64,000 bases of DNA from the IMG/VR virus record IMGVR_UViG_3300017766_002493, positions 32,001-96,000 of that record; one strand, written 5' to 3'. The stretch comes from a virus. Each line of letters starts with the position of its first letter. The first letter of the stretch is position 1. The notes below the pieces were generated by a model. That model saw nothing but the letters and a program-made list of their open reading frames with translations, did no database searches and was not told the origin of the DNA. Positions 1-8,269 of the stretch are shown here, in pieces. The translations under genes were made by a program, and so were the position numbers.

Positions 1-13
1 TGCTAATATAAAC

Positions 14-52
14 AAAAAAGGAGAGAAGAGTCTACACTCTACTCTCCTTTTT
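14..52 (-). terminator. Intrinsic terminator after the 523-aa structural gene (possibly bidirectional)
   Basis: AAAAAAGGAGAG...CTCTCCTTTTTT inverted repeat flanked by A and T runs. Confidence 0.75.
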
Positions 53-73
53 ATTGTTTAATAAGTTAATTAA

Positions 74-1645
74 TTAATCAGGATTTGTAGGGATGATATC
101 GCAAGGATTACAAGAATATACTACAAAAGGTTCACAGTTGCCAGCATTTTCAGCTACTTTAGTAAGGAAATCTTCTAAATCGCTAATTCTAACACTAGTG
201 ATGATTTCTACTAAGTACTGATCATTATCAAACACACCAGTTGGGTTGTTGAAACGAGGTACATTGTGTAAGATATAGTAACGAGTATATAAAGCGTTAC
301 GATCTACAGCATCTAAGATATCATTACCTTGAGTAATCTCCCTGATACGAATATCACTGTGCACATAGTTTTGTAAGTAAGATTGTGCTAAGATTACATC
401 ACGTAATACTTGCTCACCAAATCCATTACCCATTAAAGCAGGACACTCAGTTACTACACAGATTCCTTCAAAAGTACAAGGATCTCCAGTGTAATCAACC
501 ATTGATGCTAAGATTTTAACTGGTTCTTTTTCGAAGAAATCAGTGATTTGGAAAGAACATGTTAAGAACTTAGTTTCAACATATGCTCCAAATAATCTTA
601 AACCACCACATTTATCTTCTCCGTATCCTGGTGATACGTAGTTAGTCCACCATTGTGATGCAGATACAGATGCTCCTAATGGATCTTCAGTAGTTCCTGG
701 AGCATACCAAGCATTACCATCCTGATCATAAACAACCGGGAAGATGAATGGATTGATATATTGATTTTCTTTTAATCTCTCAGCCCACTTAATAAACACT
801 AAAGTAGAATCTACCGGAGTTGGAGTAGGACCTTCGCAACATCCTGTGTAAGCATCAAGTGTTTGGTAAGCGTTGTGATTTAAGTAACGCAAAGCAGGAG
901 AACCTTTAACATCAATTCTTAAGTAGTAAGTCTCACCGCATAAGAACTGATAGCAGCAACCTGCAGCTTGACCTGCAACAGTAATTTCTACTGTAGCTGG
1001 AATAACTGGTGCTGCGCCACCATTACCTTGTAAATCAGCTGTTAAAGTATCACCATTAGCGTAACCTGTTCCTTCATCTACTAATGTAAATGAAACAACT
1101 TCACCATCAGATACTATAAAGTTACCAGTAGCACCTGAACCTGATCCGCCAGTTAAAGCTACATCATTATAGGAACCATCTAATAAATTTGCACCATCAT
1201 TATCTAAAACTGCTGTAATAGCTTGATCATCAGTATAAGGAGTGTTTCCAACAGAAACAACTGCTTGTTGAGGAGTACATGCTTCTACACCATAAACTTG
1301 GCTAACATACTTAGGATTGATTACCTTAGATTTGTTAGACTCTTGGTATCCACCATGGAAAGGACCAATCTTGTCTCTTCTTAAAAGAGAAGATCCTGCA
1401 ATCATAAATGGACAATCTGCAGCATTATCTGTAACATAAGTTTTAGGATTAATAATTCCAATGTAACCTTGATAAGATCCACCTGGTGTAGAGTATCCCA
1501 TTGTAGCAATATAGCTAGAAGGAACATTTTTAGTAATAATAAAACCGTAATCCGTTTCTGGATTTTGAGCATTTGGAGCTACCGGTGTTAATGTTGGCCC
1601 GTTGGCCAAGAAGCGTTTTGTAAACGCGTGATTAAAATAAGCCAT
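74..1645 (-). CDS. Virion structural protein (crAss-like capsid-associated) with internal beta-rich insert
   Basis: 523-aa ORF downstream of the capsid cluster; internal GSGATGNF..V..GEV....GTGY segment typical of virion beta domains. Confidence 0.6.
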   Translation of the reverse strand: MAYFNHAFTKRFLANGPTLTPVAPNAQNPETDYGFIITKNVPSSYIATMGYSTPGGSYQGYIGIINPKTYVTDNAADCPFMIAGSSLLRRDKIGPFHGGYQESNKSKVINPKYVSQVYGVEACTPQQAVVSVGNTPYTDDQAITAVLDNDGANLLDGSYNDVALTGGSGSGATGNFIVSDGEVVSFTLVDEGTGYANGDTLTADLQGNGGAAPVIPATVEITVAGQAAGCCYQFLCGETYYLRIDVKGSPALRYLNHNAYQTLDAYTGCCEGPTPTPVDSTLVFIKWAERLKENQYINPFIFPVVYDQDGNAWYAPGTTEDPLGASVSASQWWTNYVSPGYGEDKCGGLRLFGAYVETKFLTCSFQITDFFEKEPVKILASMVDYTGDPCTFEGICVVTECPALMGNGFGEQVLRDVILAQSYLQNYVHSDIRIREITQGNDILDAVDRNALYTRYYILHNVPRFNNPTGVFDNDQYLVEIITSVRISDLEDFLTKVAENAGNCEPFVVYSCNPCDIIPTNPD

Positions 1646-1714
1646 TGTTTTTTGTTTTTGGGTTTATAAATAAATAATGTCTAAAAATAATATTATAAAT
1701 AAAAAAATGCAAAT

Positions 1715-2155
1715 TTATTTTAAGAAAAGTAACTTATACTTACCAGAATTTATAGTGCTCTTAATAGTGTCTAGGTCATTTACTATTTCACTATAAGGCA
1801 TCTTAGCTTGTAAGTTAGATACCATCTGAGTTATCTCTCTAAGATAAGCGACAGCATCAGCTACTGATCCTAATTGTCTTGGAGCTACATCTTTATATTC
1901 TAATAATTTTTCTGAGGCTCCTTGAAATGCTTCTGCTAAATCATCAGCATGTCCCGGTAAAGCATCATATAATTCATTCAAAGCTTTGTGTGCAGCATAT
2001 GATCCTGCACCAGTTACTTTAAGGTGTAACTTATGAATAGATGTTGCAGCATTCATAAGCTCAGATACGCAAGCACTTACCATAGTATCTAATCCACCAC
2101 TAGCAGGGGCACTGTATTCTGCATTTGTTCTTTGTAATAATCTTGGCTTTTCCAT
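1715..2155 (-). CDS. Ferritin/Dps-like four-helix protein
   Basis: HKLHL..TG..SYAAHKALNELYD.L..HADDLAE matches the Dps/ferritin-like metal-ligand pattern. Confidence 0.75.
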   Translation of the reverse strand: MEKPRLLQRTNAEYSAPASGGLDTMVSACVSELMNAATSIHKLHLKVTGAGSYAAHKALNELYDALPGHADDLAEAFQGASEKLLEYKDVAPRQLGSVADAVAYLREITQMVSNLQAKMPYSEIVNDLDTIKSTINSGKYKLLFLK

Positions 2156-2163
2156 TATATAAA

Positions 2164-2868
2164 TTAGTTATTTCCTTCTACTGATTGTTGAGCTCTAGTA
2201 TATTGATTCATTGATTCAATATCACCAGCTAAAATTTTAACAGCCTCATCTACAAATAACTCTACTAAGTCATCTTTAAACTCGCATTCTACTTCTTGAG
2301 TAGATGCTAATTGTGTATAAGGATCTACACAGTTTAGTATTTGTATTCTTACAGGTTGTCTATAATATGTTAAGACAACATCTTGAACTTCAAACTTGTT
2401 GTCAGTGTATATTCTAAATTTATTATCAATTAATGTTACAAAAGTTTCTGCCCATTCAAAGCTTGGTTGTTTGTTCTTATCCCTGAGTAGTTCATCCACA
2501 TTAGCTTCTTCTGCCAAGTAGATAACCATCCGGCGAGGATCTTCACAACAATTATTTTTAGATTTAGCAGATACTCTTTTCCATTCTAAATAATTTGTTG
2601 GTAAAACTGATGATTCATAATACAATTGTTTGTTACTCATGGTTATAGTTTGTGTAACCATAAGCTTTTGCAAGTCATCAATTCTTCTTTTGGATTGTTC
2701 ATCACCTTCTTGCTTCTGGTTAATACCATGCAAGTTACGGCGACACCACTCAACCATACCCTTATTAAAAGCTTCAACAACTTGCCAACATTCTATATTA
2801 TCATAGTCATTACTAGCAAGCTTATTAAGCCTTTGTTTTATTTTAAGATATATGGTTTGATTGTTCAT
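2164..2868 (-). CDS. Putative head-tail connector/ring protein
   Basis: 234-aa ORF in the capsid module, with LTYYRQP and C-terminal helix like crAss ring proteins (recall-based). Confidence 0.5.
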   Translation of the reverse strand: MNNQTIYLKIKQRLNKLASNDYDNIECWQVVEAFNKGMVEWCRRNLHGINQKQEGDEQSKRRIDDLQKLMVTQTITMSNKQLYYESSVLPTNYLEWKRVSAKSKNNCCEDPRRMVIYLAEEANVDELLRDKNKQPSFEWAETFVTLIDNKFRIYTDNKFEVQDVVLTYYRQPVRIQILNCVDPYTQLASTQEVECEFKDDLVELFVDEAVKILAGDIESMNQYTRAQQSVEGNN

Positions 2869-3032
2869 TATCCTTTAACTTTTTTCAAATTTGGGTTTGC
2901 TTTCTTAGCCGCTGGTGAAGCTTTTCTAGTAGAAGAGGCTAAGATAGCTCCTGCTGCTTTCATACTAACACCTGATTTTTTTGCAATACTTTTTTGAGCT
3001 GCTTTAAAGCCCATTCCTTTTTTTGCTGCCAT
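2868..3032 (-). CDS. Small Lys/Ala-rich basic protein (54 aa, not in ORF track)
   Basis: Manual translation MAAKKGMGFKAAQKSIAKKSGVSMKAAGAILASSTRKASPAAKKANPNLKKVKG; abuts both neighbours. Confidence 0.7.
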   Translation of the reverse strand: MAAKKGMGFKAAQKSIAKKSGVSMKAAGAILASSTRKASPAAKKANPNLKKVKG

Positions 3033-3035
3033 GTT

Positions 3036-3284
3036 TTAACATTTCCACTTTCTAAGTGATTTATTAATTCTACTATCTGGATCTCTGGCTGTTTTAGCAC
3101 TAGTTAATTTCTTCTTCATCCCTTCCATTCTAGCACAAAAAGATTTTTTTCTAGGTCCTCCTTCTGGTTGTGGAGCTTTTAAGTTTCCACCAGTTTCTCT
3201 ATTATAAGAAGCTCTACCTTTAGCATTAAGTCCACCACTTGGTGACTTACCTGCTTTTTTTTGCCATGCTGGAGACTTTGCCAT
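3036..3284 (-). CDS. Small basic phage protein (DUF6321-like)
   Basis: MAKSPAWQ..GGLNAKGRASY..RKKSFCARM..SRINKSLRKWKC, a widespread aquatic-phage family. Confidence 0.75.
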   Translation of the reverse strand: MAKSPAWQKKAGKSPSGGLNAKGRASYNRETGGNLKAPQPEGGPRKKSFCARMEGMKKKLTSAKTARDPDSRINKSLRKWKC

Positions 3285-3285
3285 A

Positions 3286-3435
3286 TTATTTTTTCTTAGC
3301 TGTTTTAGCAGAATTAATAAAATCTTTTTTACTAGGAGCTCCCTTGCTACCTGGCTTACGCATTTTCTCGCCGGAGCCCGCAGCTATGCGAGCTCTCTTA
3401 GCGTGAATATTATCATACAGACCTTTCTTAGCCAT
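3286..3435 (-). CDS. Small basic protein (49 aa, not in ORF track)
   Basis: Manual translation MAKKGLYDNIHAKRARIAAGSGEKMRKPGSKGAPSKKDFINSAKTAKKK. Confidence 0.75.
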   Translation of the reverse strand: MAKKGLYDNIHAKRARIAAGSGEKMRKPGSKGAPSKKDFINSAKTAKKK

Positions 3436-3438
3436 TGC

Positions 3439-3567
3439 TTAGCAAGCTTTACCGCCCATCTTCTTTTTAGGCACAGCACCTTTTGGAGGTGTGCTTGTAC
3501 CACCAACTTTCCCTGTTGGCTTTTTTACAACTGTAGCTGTAGCATTTTTTTTAACTGCTTTTTTCAT
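3439..3567 (-). CDS. Small basic protein (42 aa, not in ORF track)
   Basis: Manual translation MKKAVKKNATATVVKKPTGKVGGTSTPPKGAVPKKKMGGKAC; tight packing with neighbours. Confidence 0.65.
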   Translation of the reverse strand: MKKAVKKNATATVVKKPTGKVGGTSTPPKGAVPKKKMGGKAC

Positions 3568-3569
3568 GG

Positions 3570-3767
3570 TTATAAAGATTTAGGATTAGTATTAGCCGGA
3601 GCATTTTTTCCACCTTTGTATTGGGTTGGATTAGTCACTACAGTAGGGTAAGAATTTTTACCACCGGTGTAGCGAGTAGGATTCTTAACTACTTCTGGAT
3701 AAGAATTCATCCCACCTTTGTATTGTGTAGGATTTTTTACTACTTCTGGGTATTCGTTTTTTGCCAT
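3570..3767 (-). CDS. 65-aa protein built from three 17-aa repeats
   Basis: YPEVVKNPTQYKGGMNS / YPEVVKNPTRYTGGKNS / YPTVVTNPTQYKGGKNA. Confidence 0.75.
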   Translation of the reverse strand: MAKNEYPEVVKNPTQYKGGMNSYPEVVKNPTRYTGGKNSYPTVVTNPTQYKGGKNAPANTNPKSL

Positions 3768-3769
3768 AA

Positions 3770-4039
3770 TTATTTATTTTTTGCTTTTGTCATTCTTACT
3801 GCGCGACCTGGTGTTAGATAATCCTTTGCTGCTGCTATATCTTTTTCCATTGATTTAAATTTTTTAGGATTAATATTTTTTATCGCTTCTGCCTTTGCTA
3901 ATAGATTTGTATAATAATGTGTACTGTCTTGTCCTGTTTGAACAGGTCCGATATTTCCACCATCATTAAAATATTTAATAACACCCATGTTACGCGCATC
4001 TAGGTTTTTAGAATCAGCTTTTTTATTTAAGTTTTTCAT
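3770..4039 (-). CDS. Hypothetical basic protein
   Basis: 89-aa ORF in the operon. Confidence 0.6.
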   Translation of the reverse strand: MKNLNKKADSKNLDARNMGVIKYFNDGGNIGPVQTGQDSTHYYTNLLAKAEAIKNINPKKFKSMEKDIAAAKDYLTPGRAVRMTKAKNK

Positions 4040-4058
4040 TGCTTATTTTTTATGGTTT

Positions 4059-5084
4059 TTATTTTTTCCAATAAGTTTCTATTCTTGTTAATAGTTCTCC
4101 AAGGATCTTATCATTTAAAGGATTCTTTAGATACTCTATACACTCTGATGAGTTACGACCCATCATAGATTGTGAAGCCATATGATAAATCATGCCATCA
4201 GATTTTGTGGCTATTAATTTATAGAAGTTAGCATCTTTAACCAAAGCTCTTAACTTAAGACTTTCAACATCTTGTTCACAAGCTTCTAAGAAAGTTTCAG
4301 CTGCTCTTCTTAAATTAGTCTCAACACCTTCACCTGTTATATATTTATCCATGTTGTCATAGATAACATCTAGAGGTGTAGATTTTTTATATTGAGCACT
4401 GTTGCCATCAACAACTTTTGCAACATACATAAGCTTACTTGGATTCTTTTTAAATATAGCTTCGAGTTCAGATAAAGCTTTATTTCTAAGTTTCTTAACT
4501 TCTGTTTTAGTAGCAATTGTTGTAACAGCTTTATCTAAATAAAACTTAGGTGATACAGCTCTGCTTCTAGCATCTTCATAGCTTTTAGCTACGATAGAAA
4601 ATCCACCAGCTTCAATAGCATATAATTTAATTAAATCATATGAGTTAGCTTCAGGATCTAGAGGCACAGGCTGATTACCACATCTTACAGTAATCTTGCT
4701 CCAAAAACTTTCATTACTTGGAGATAACAATTTTACTTTGTTCCAAAAATCTGGATCTTTAGGATCTAAGATATTTGTTGCTAATTCTGCTTCTAGTTTA
4801 GCTACAACTTTATTAATCTCACTAATTCTAGCTTCTCTTTTCTCAGGATCTTGAATTAACTTTACATCTGGAGCAAAAGGATTAAGACCAGTAATGTATC
4901 TTATAATTCCATTGTTTTCTACACAAGCTAATTGCTCTTCATGAAATACGCCATCAAAAAGCGCTATTCCATAGTTTTGCAATCCTAGGTTATCTACATT
5001 AGGATCAAAGAACGGTTTAATTGTAATCTTACCTTTTTCAGATACGGTAGGTATTTCTACCATTGTCATGTTTGTTTTACTCAT
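4059..5084 (-). CDS. Conserved crAss-like protein downstream of the major capsid gene
   Basis: 341-aa ORF immediately after the MCP, as in crAss-like gene order. Confidence 0.55.
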   Translation of the reverse strand: MSKTNMTMVEIPTVSEKGKITIKPFFDPNVDNLGLQNYGIALFDGVFHEEQLACVENNGIIRYITGLNPFAPDVKLIQDPEKREARISEINKVVAKLEAELATNILDPKDPDFWNKVKLLSPSNESFWSKITVRCGNQPVPLDPEANSYDLIKLYAIEAGGFSIVAKSYEDARSRAVSPKFYLDKAVTTIATKTEVKKLRNKALSELEAIFKKNPSKLMYVAKVVDGNSAQYKKSTPLDVIYDNMDKYITGEGVETNLRRAAETFLEACEQDVESLKLRALVKDANFYKLIATKSDGMIYHMASQSMMGRNSSECIEYLKNPLNDKILGELLTRIETYWKK

Positions 5085-5215
5085 TTTGTTGGTTTTTGTT
5101 GGTTTAGGGTGACTTGTACCTAGATCAGGTTATGAACCTACTTGCCTAAAGCAACATCTAGGTGATGGCACTTTGGAGGGGAGAATGGGATTGGTCTCCC
5201 CCCGAGTGCTAATGG

Positions 5216-6841
5216 TTAGAATGATCCACCTGTGATTGGGTTTCTCATTACAATTTTCAATACCTTGGTAGGATCTTTTACCCAGATAGCAGGCATGGTC
5301 TGTGTCATATAAACACGGTATCCATTAAACTGACCAACTGAAGCAAAACCTTGTGTACGGCCCATGTAATCCATAGTACCGTTTTGATACCACCATTTCA
5401 ATTGGTTATCCCAAGATAACTTCAACATGAAGATGTTGTCATTTCCTGTATCAGTGATATCGAAAATGATGAAGCTATAAGATGATAAAGGATTACCATC
5501 AATGATTGGGTTCTCAATATCATTGGTATGTAAGTTATCAAAAGCAGGGTTCAATACAAACTTCACATTTGCTAAGAATGGAATCACATAAGATGTGAAA
5601 GCAAATCCGAAGTTCAAATCCATACCTTGACCAGAGATAGCTCCGATACCATTGTTAGATGCAGCTTGGATTACTAAACCAGAGTTAACAGCTTCACGCT
5701 TGATAGCTTCGTTTACTAATCTCATACCACCCATACCTGTTTGAACAATTAATTGTCTCTTAGGATCTGGACCTTGGAATTCCACACGACCAGCGTAGAA
5801 GTTATATAACTCAGCGCGGAACAATTCAAGTGAGAAACCTGATTTGTTGTATACGCGTTTGAAAGAGTTATCCAATTGTTTCCATAAACCTACTGATAAA
5901 CGGATATCATCTGGACCATCTTGCTTAACGCGACCACCATGACCCCACATTAAGTAAGTCTCAATATCTTGAGCTACCTTAGTTAAGTGAGCTGCTTCCA
6001 TAGTTGTCATAAAGGTACGAGTTAAAGTACCATTACCCATAGCACGCTTAACATAATCTTTACCCATTTTAGCAACCATATCTTCAATCTTAGAGATTGA
6101 TGGATCCATTGTTTTATCAAAGTTTCTCCAGATCTCAGTTACAGGTACTGTGCCATCAGCATTCATACCACCACGAGTCATTAAATCAGCACGAGAAGAT
6201 ACTGAATAGTGAACATGTGCTTCAGCTCCACCTACGAAGTTATAGAACTCGCGGAAACCAGCACGTGTTGCGATATCAGAGAATCTTTCGCCATACTCAC
6301 CACGAGCAGAACCTTTACGGAAGATTTTGGTTCCATTGGTTAAGTATTTGTTGTCTAAGAACTTATAGTTATCATTGTTAACTAATTGAACGGTGTAGAC
6401 AAATCCATCGCTCATTGGAAGGATATCATCAGCAGTGATATACAACTCGCAACCGTTAAACTTATCATAAGTGATGATATCACCATGACCAAATTCTCTA
6501 CGGCTGATTTTGATTTTGAAGGTTGTACCATCAATACCTTTGTTGTAGTTTTCTGGCTCAATATCTTCAATAATGAAAGGAAGATCTTGTGACACAGGAG
6601 TTTGCCATTTGTATTCACCACGCGCATTATCAACCATGATAATGTTTTTACCACCAAAAGATGATAATTGGTAAAGAGGCATTTCTACTTTTTGTGCCAT
6701 TGCCCAAATGTCTACTGGACCCATATCCATAGGTTCAGCATTTTTTAGCATACTCACTAAGTGATAAGAATCAACATGTGAACTCGCTTGATAGTTGGTA
6801 TCTCTTAGGAAAATACCATTGTTTAAAACTGGAGTGCTCAT
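5216..6841 (-). CDS. Major capsid protein
   Basis: 541 aa; terminase-portal-scaffold-MCP order; C-ending codon bias suggesting high expression; crAss-like motifs (ETYLMWG, GLWKQL, C-terminal IWVKDPTK). Confidence 0.85.
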   Translation of the reverse strand: MSTPVLNNGIFLRDTNYQASSHVDSYHLVSMLKNAEPMDMGPVDIWAMAQKVEMPLYQLSSFGGKNIIMVDNARGEYKWQTPVSQDLPFIIEDIEPENYNKGIDGTTFKIKISRREFGHGDIITYDKFNGCELYITADDILPMSDGFVYTVQLVNNDNYKFLDNKYLTNGTKIFRKGSARGEYGERFSDIATRAGFREFYNFVGGAEAHVHYSVSSRADLMTRGGMNADGTVPVTEIWRNFDKTMDPSISKIEDMVAKMGKDYVKRAMGNGTLTRTFMTTMEAAHLTKVAQDIETYLMWGHGGRVKQDGPDDIRLSVGLWKQLDNSFKRVYNKSGFSLELFRAELYNFYAGRVEFQGPDPKRQLIVQTGMGGMRLVNEAIKREAVNSGLVIQAASNNGIGAISGQGMDLNFGFAFTSYVIPFLANVKFVLNPAFDNLHTNDIENPIIDGNPLSSYSFIIFDITDTGNDNIFMLKLSWDNQLKWWYQNGTMDYMGRTQGFASVGQFNGYRVYMTQTMPAIWVKDPTKVLKIVMRNPITGGSF

Positions 6842-6871
6842 TTTTTGTTTTTTGTTTTAGGTTGTTATTAA

Positions 6872-8155
6872 TTATCGTTTAAAAAAGTTTTGACTTGGTC
6901 TTTGAAGCTTTTGTTGAGAAGACTGTTTCTTGTTATCCTGATCAAAATCATCAGATGTTGTAGAAGATATCTTATTTTTTTCTTCTGTTTTTAACATTCT
7001 AACTGTTTTCTCTGTTGCTTCTTTTTTGCCTATTTCTCTTACTTTGTTTCTATATGATTCAGGATCAGCTAGTAACCAAAGAGCTTCAGCGATTAAATCG
7101 TGTCTAGGTTCTACCCATTGATACTTCTCTAAAAGGTGTCCTAACATATTAGTAGGCTTACCTGATATAGAAGGATAATTAGGCTGTACTAGTCCAGCGT
7201 ATAATAAACTCTGTGTTTTTTTATCTAACTTGATACCGTTAATTTCTGCAGGTTCAAGGACTTTATACACATTATTCATATACATTTGTGCTTGAGCGGC
7301 TTGTTGTTTACGCATCTGCTCTTGTTGTGCTAACTGTCTAGCTACAACTTGTTCTTGCATAGCATCCAACTTTGGTTTAAATTTCTTAGCTTTAGCACCT
7401 AACTCATCACGGTCTTTCCAACTGGTAATTTCCTCTTCAATTTCTTCAGCGGTACCAAATTGGGTTGCGTGCAAGTAAGATCTAACAATTTGCTCCTGAT
7501 CATTATCTTCAGAAGGATCTAATTGTCTAACCTCTTCTACTTGGGCCAGGGTTCTAAATAAGCCTTTTAAATCCGCACCACCATCAGCTACATATTTTGC
7601 TGCAACTTGTAATTCTACTGGCAAACTATCAAAGAACTCAAGAGGAATCTCTTCTCTTGCTTTTCTTTCTCTTTCTTCAAAGTTTGCTTCAAATAACTCT
7701 TCAAAATCTTGAACAGTATATTTTTCTAAAGGTTTATCATCATCAAATGGAATAAGCTTCTTCTGGTCGATAAGCTTTTTAGCAAGCTCTAACATACCAT
7801 TCTTATCCATCTTAGGACGACCACCTTTATCAGAACCATCGGGTGATAATAATGCATCTATGTTTTTATCATCGTCATCATCACTTGCCGGTGCACCACT
7901 TGTAGTAGTTGTTGAAGCACTTGCTTGTGTAGATGCTGGTGAAGAACTACTAGAGTCATCATCGTCATCATCATCCTTATCAAGGAACGTCATATCTACT
8001 GGTTTTGAAGTAAACAAGTTAGGTTTTTTAACTTCTTTGCTTCCACCCTGATCTGGGACCATCACACTTTCTCCTGTGGGAGATCCTAAAATCGAGTCTA
8101 AATCTGCTACATCTACTGTACTAACAGTAGTTGTACCGTTGTTGTTATCTGCCAT
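6872..8155 (-). CDS. Putative capsid scaffold protein
   Basis: Acidic low-complexity N-terminus plus coiled coil; lies between portal and MCP. Confidence 0.6.
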   Translation of the reverse strand: MADNNNGTTTVSTVDVADLDSILGSPTGESVMVPDQGGSKEVKKPNLFTSKPVDMTFLDKDDDDDDDSSSSSPASTQASASTTTTSGAPASDDDDDKNIDALLSPDGSDKGGRPKMDKNGMLELAKKLIDQKKLIPFDDDKPLEKYTVQDFEELFEANFEERERKAREEIPLEFFDSLPVELQVAAKYVADGGADLKGLFRTLAQVEEVRQLDPSEDNDQEQIVRSYLHATQFGTAEEIEEEITSWKDRDELGAKAKKFKPKLDAMQEQVVARQLAQQEQMRKQQAAQAQMYMNNVYKVLEPAEINGIKLDKKTQSLLYAGLVQPNYPSISGKPTNMLGHLLEKYQWVEPRHDLIAEALWLLADPESYRNKVREIGKKEATEKTVRMLKTEEKNKISSTTSDDFDQDNKKQSSQQKLQRPSQNFFKR

Positions 8156-8192
8156 ATTTGTTGGTTTTTGTTACTGACAATTATAATAATCT

Positions 8193-8200
8193 CAAATATA
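8193..8200 (-). promoter_or_regulatory. Bacteroidota-type -7 promoter element upstream of scaffold/MCP
   Basis: TATATTTG on the minus strand matches the TAnnTTTG consensus. Confidence 0.6.
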
Positions 8201-8269
8201 CGATACTTAAACTTAATATAGTTAAAATGATATAGCGCAAAAGAAAAAATTTCGCATTATATCACTAAG

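Noticed and set aside
3795-3806. TCTTACTGCGCG matches the 3' end of the putative DGR variable region (28241-28252)
   Set aside because: Only 12 nt, flanks do not align, no AAC-rich template nearby; both simply encode RAVR, so it is probably chance.
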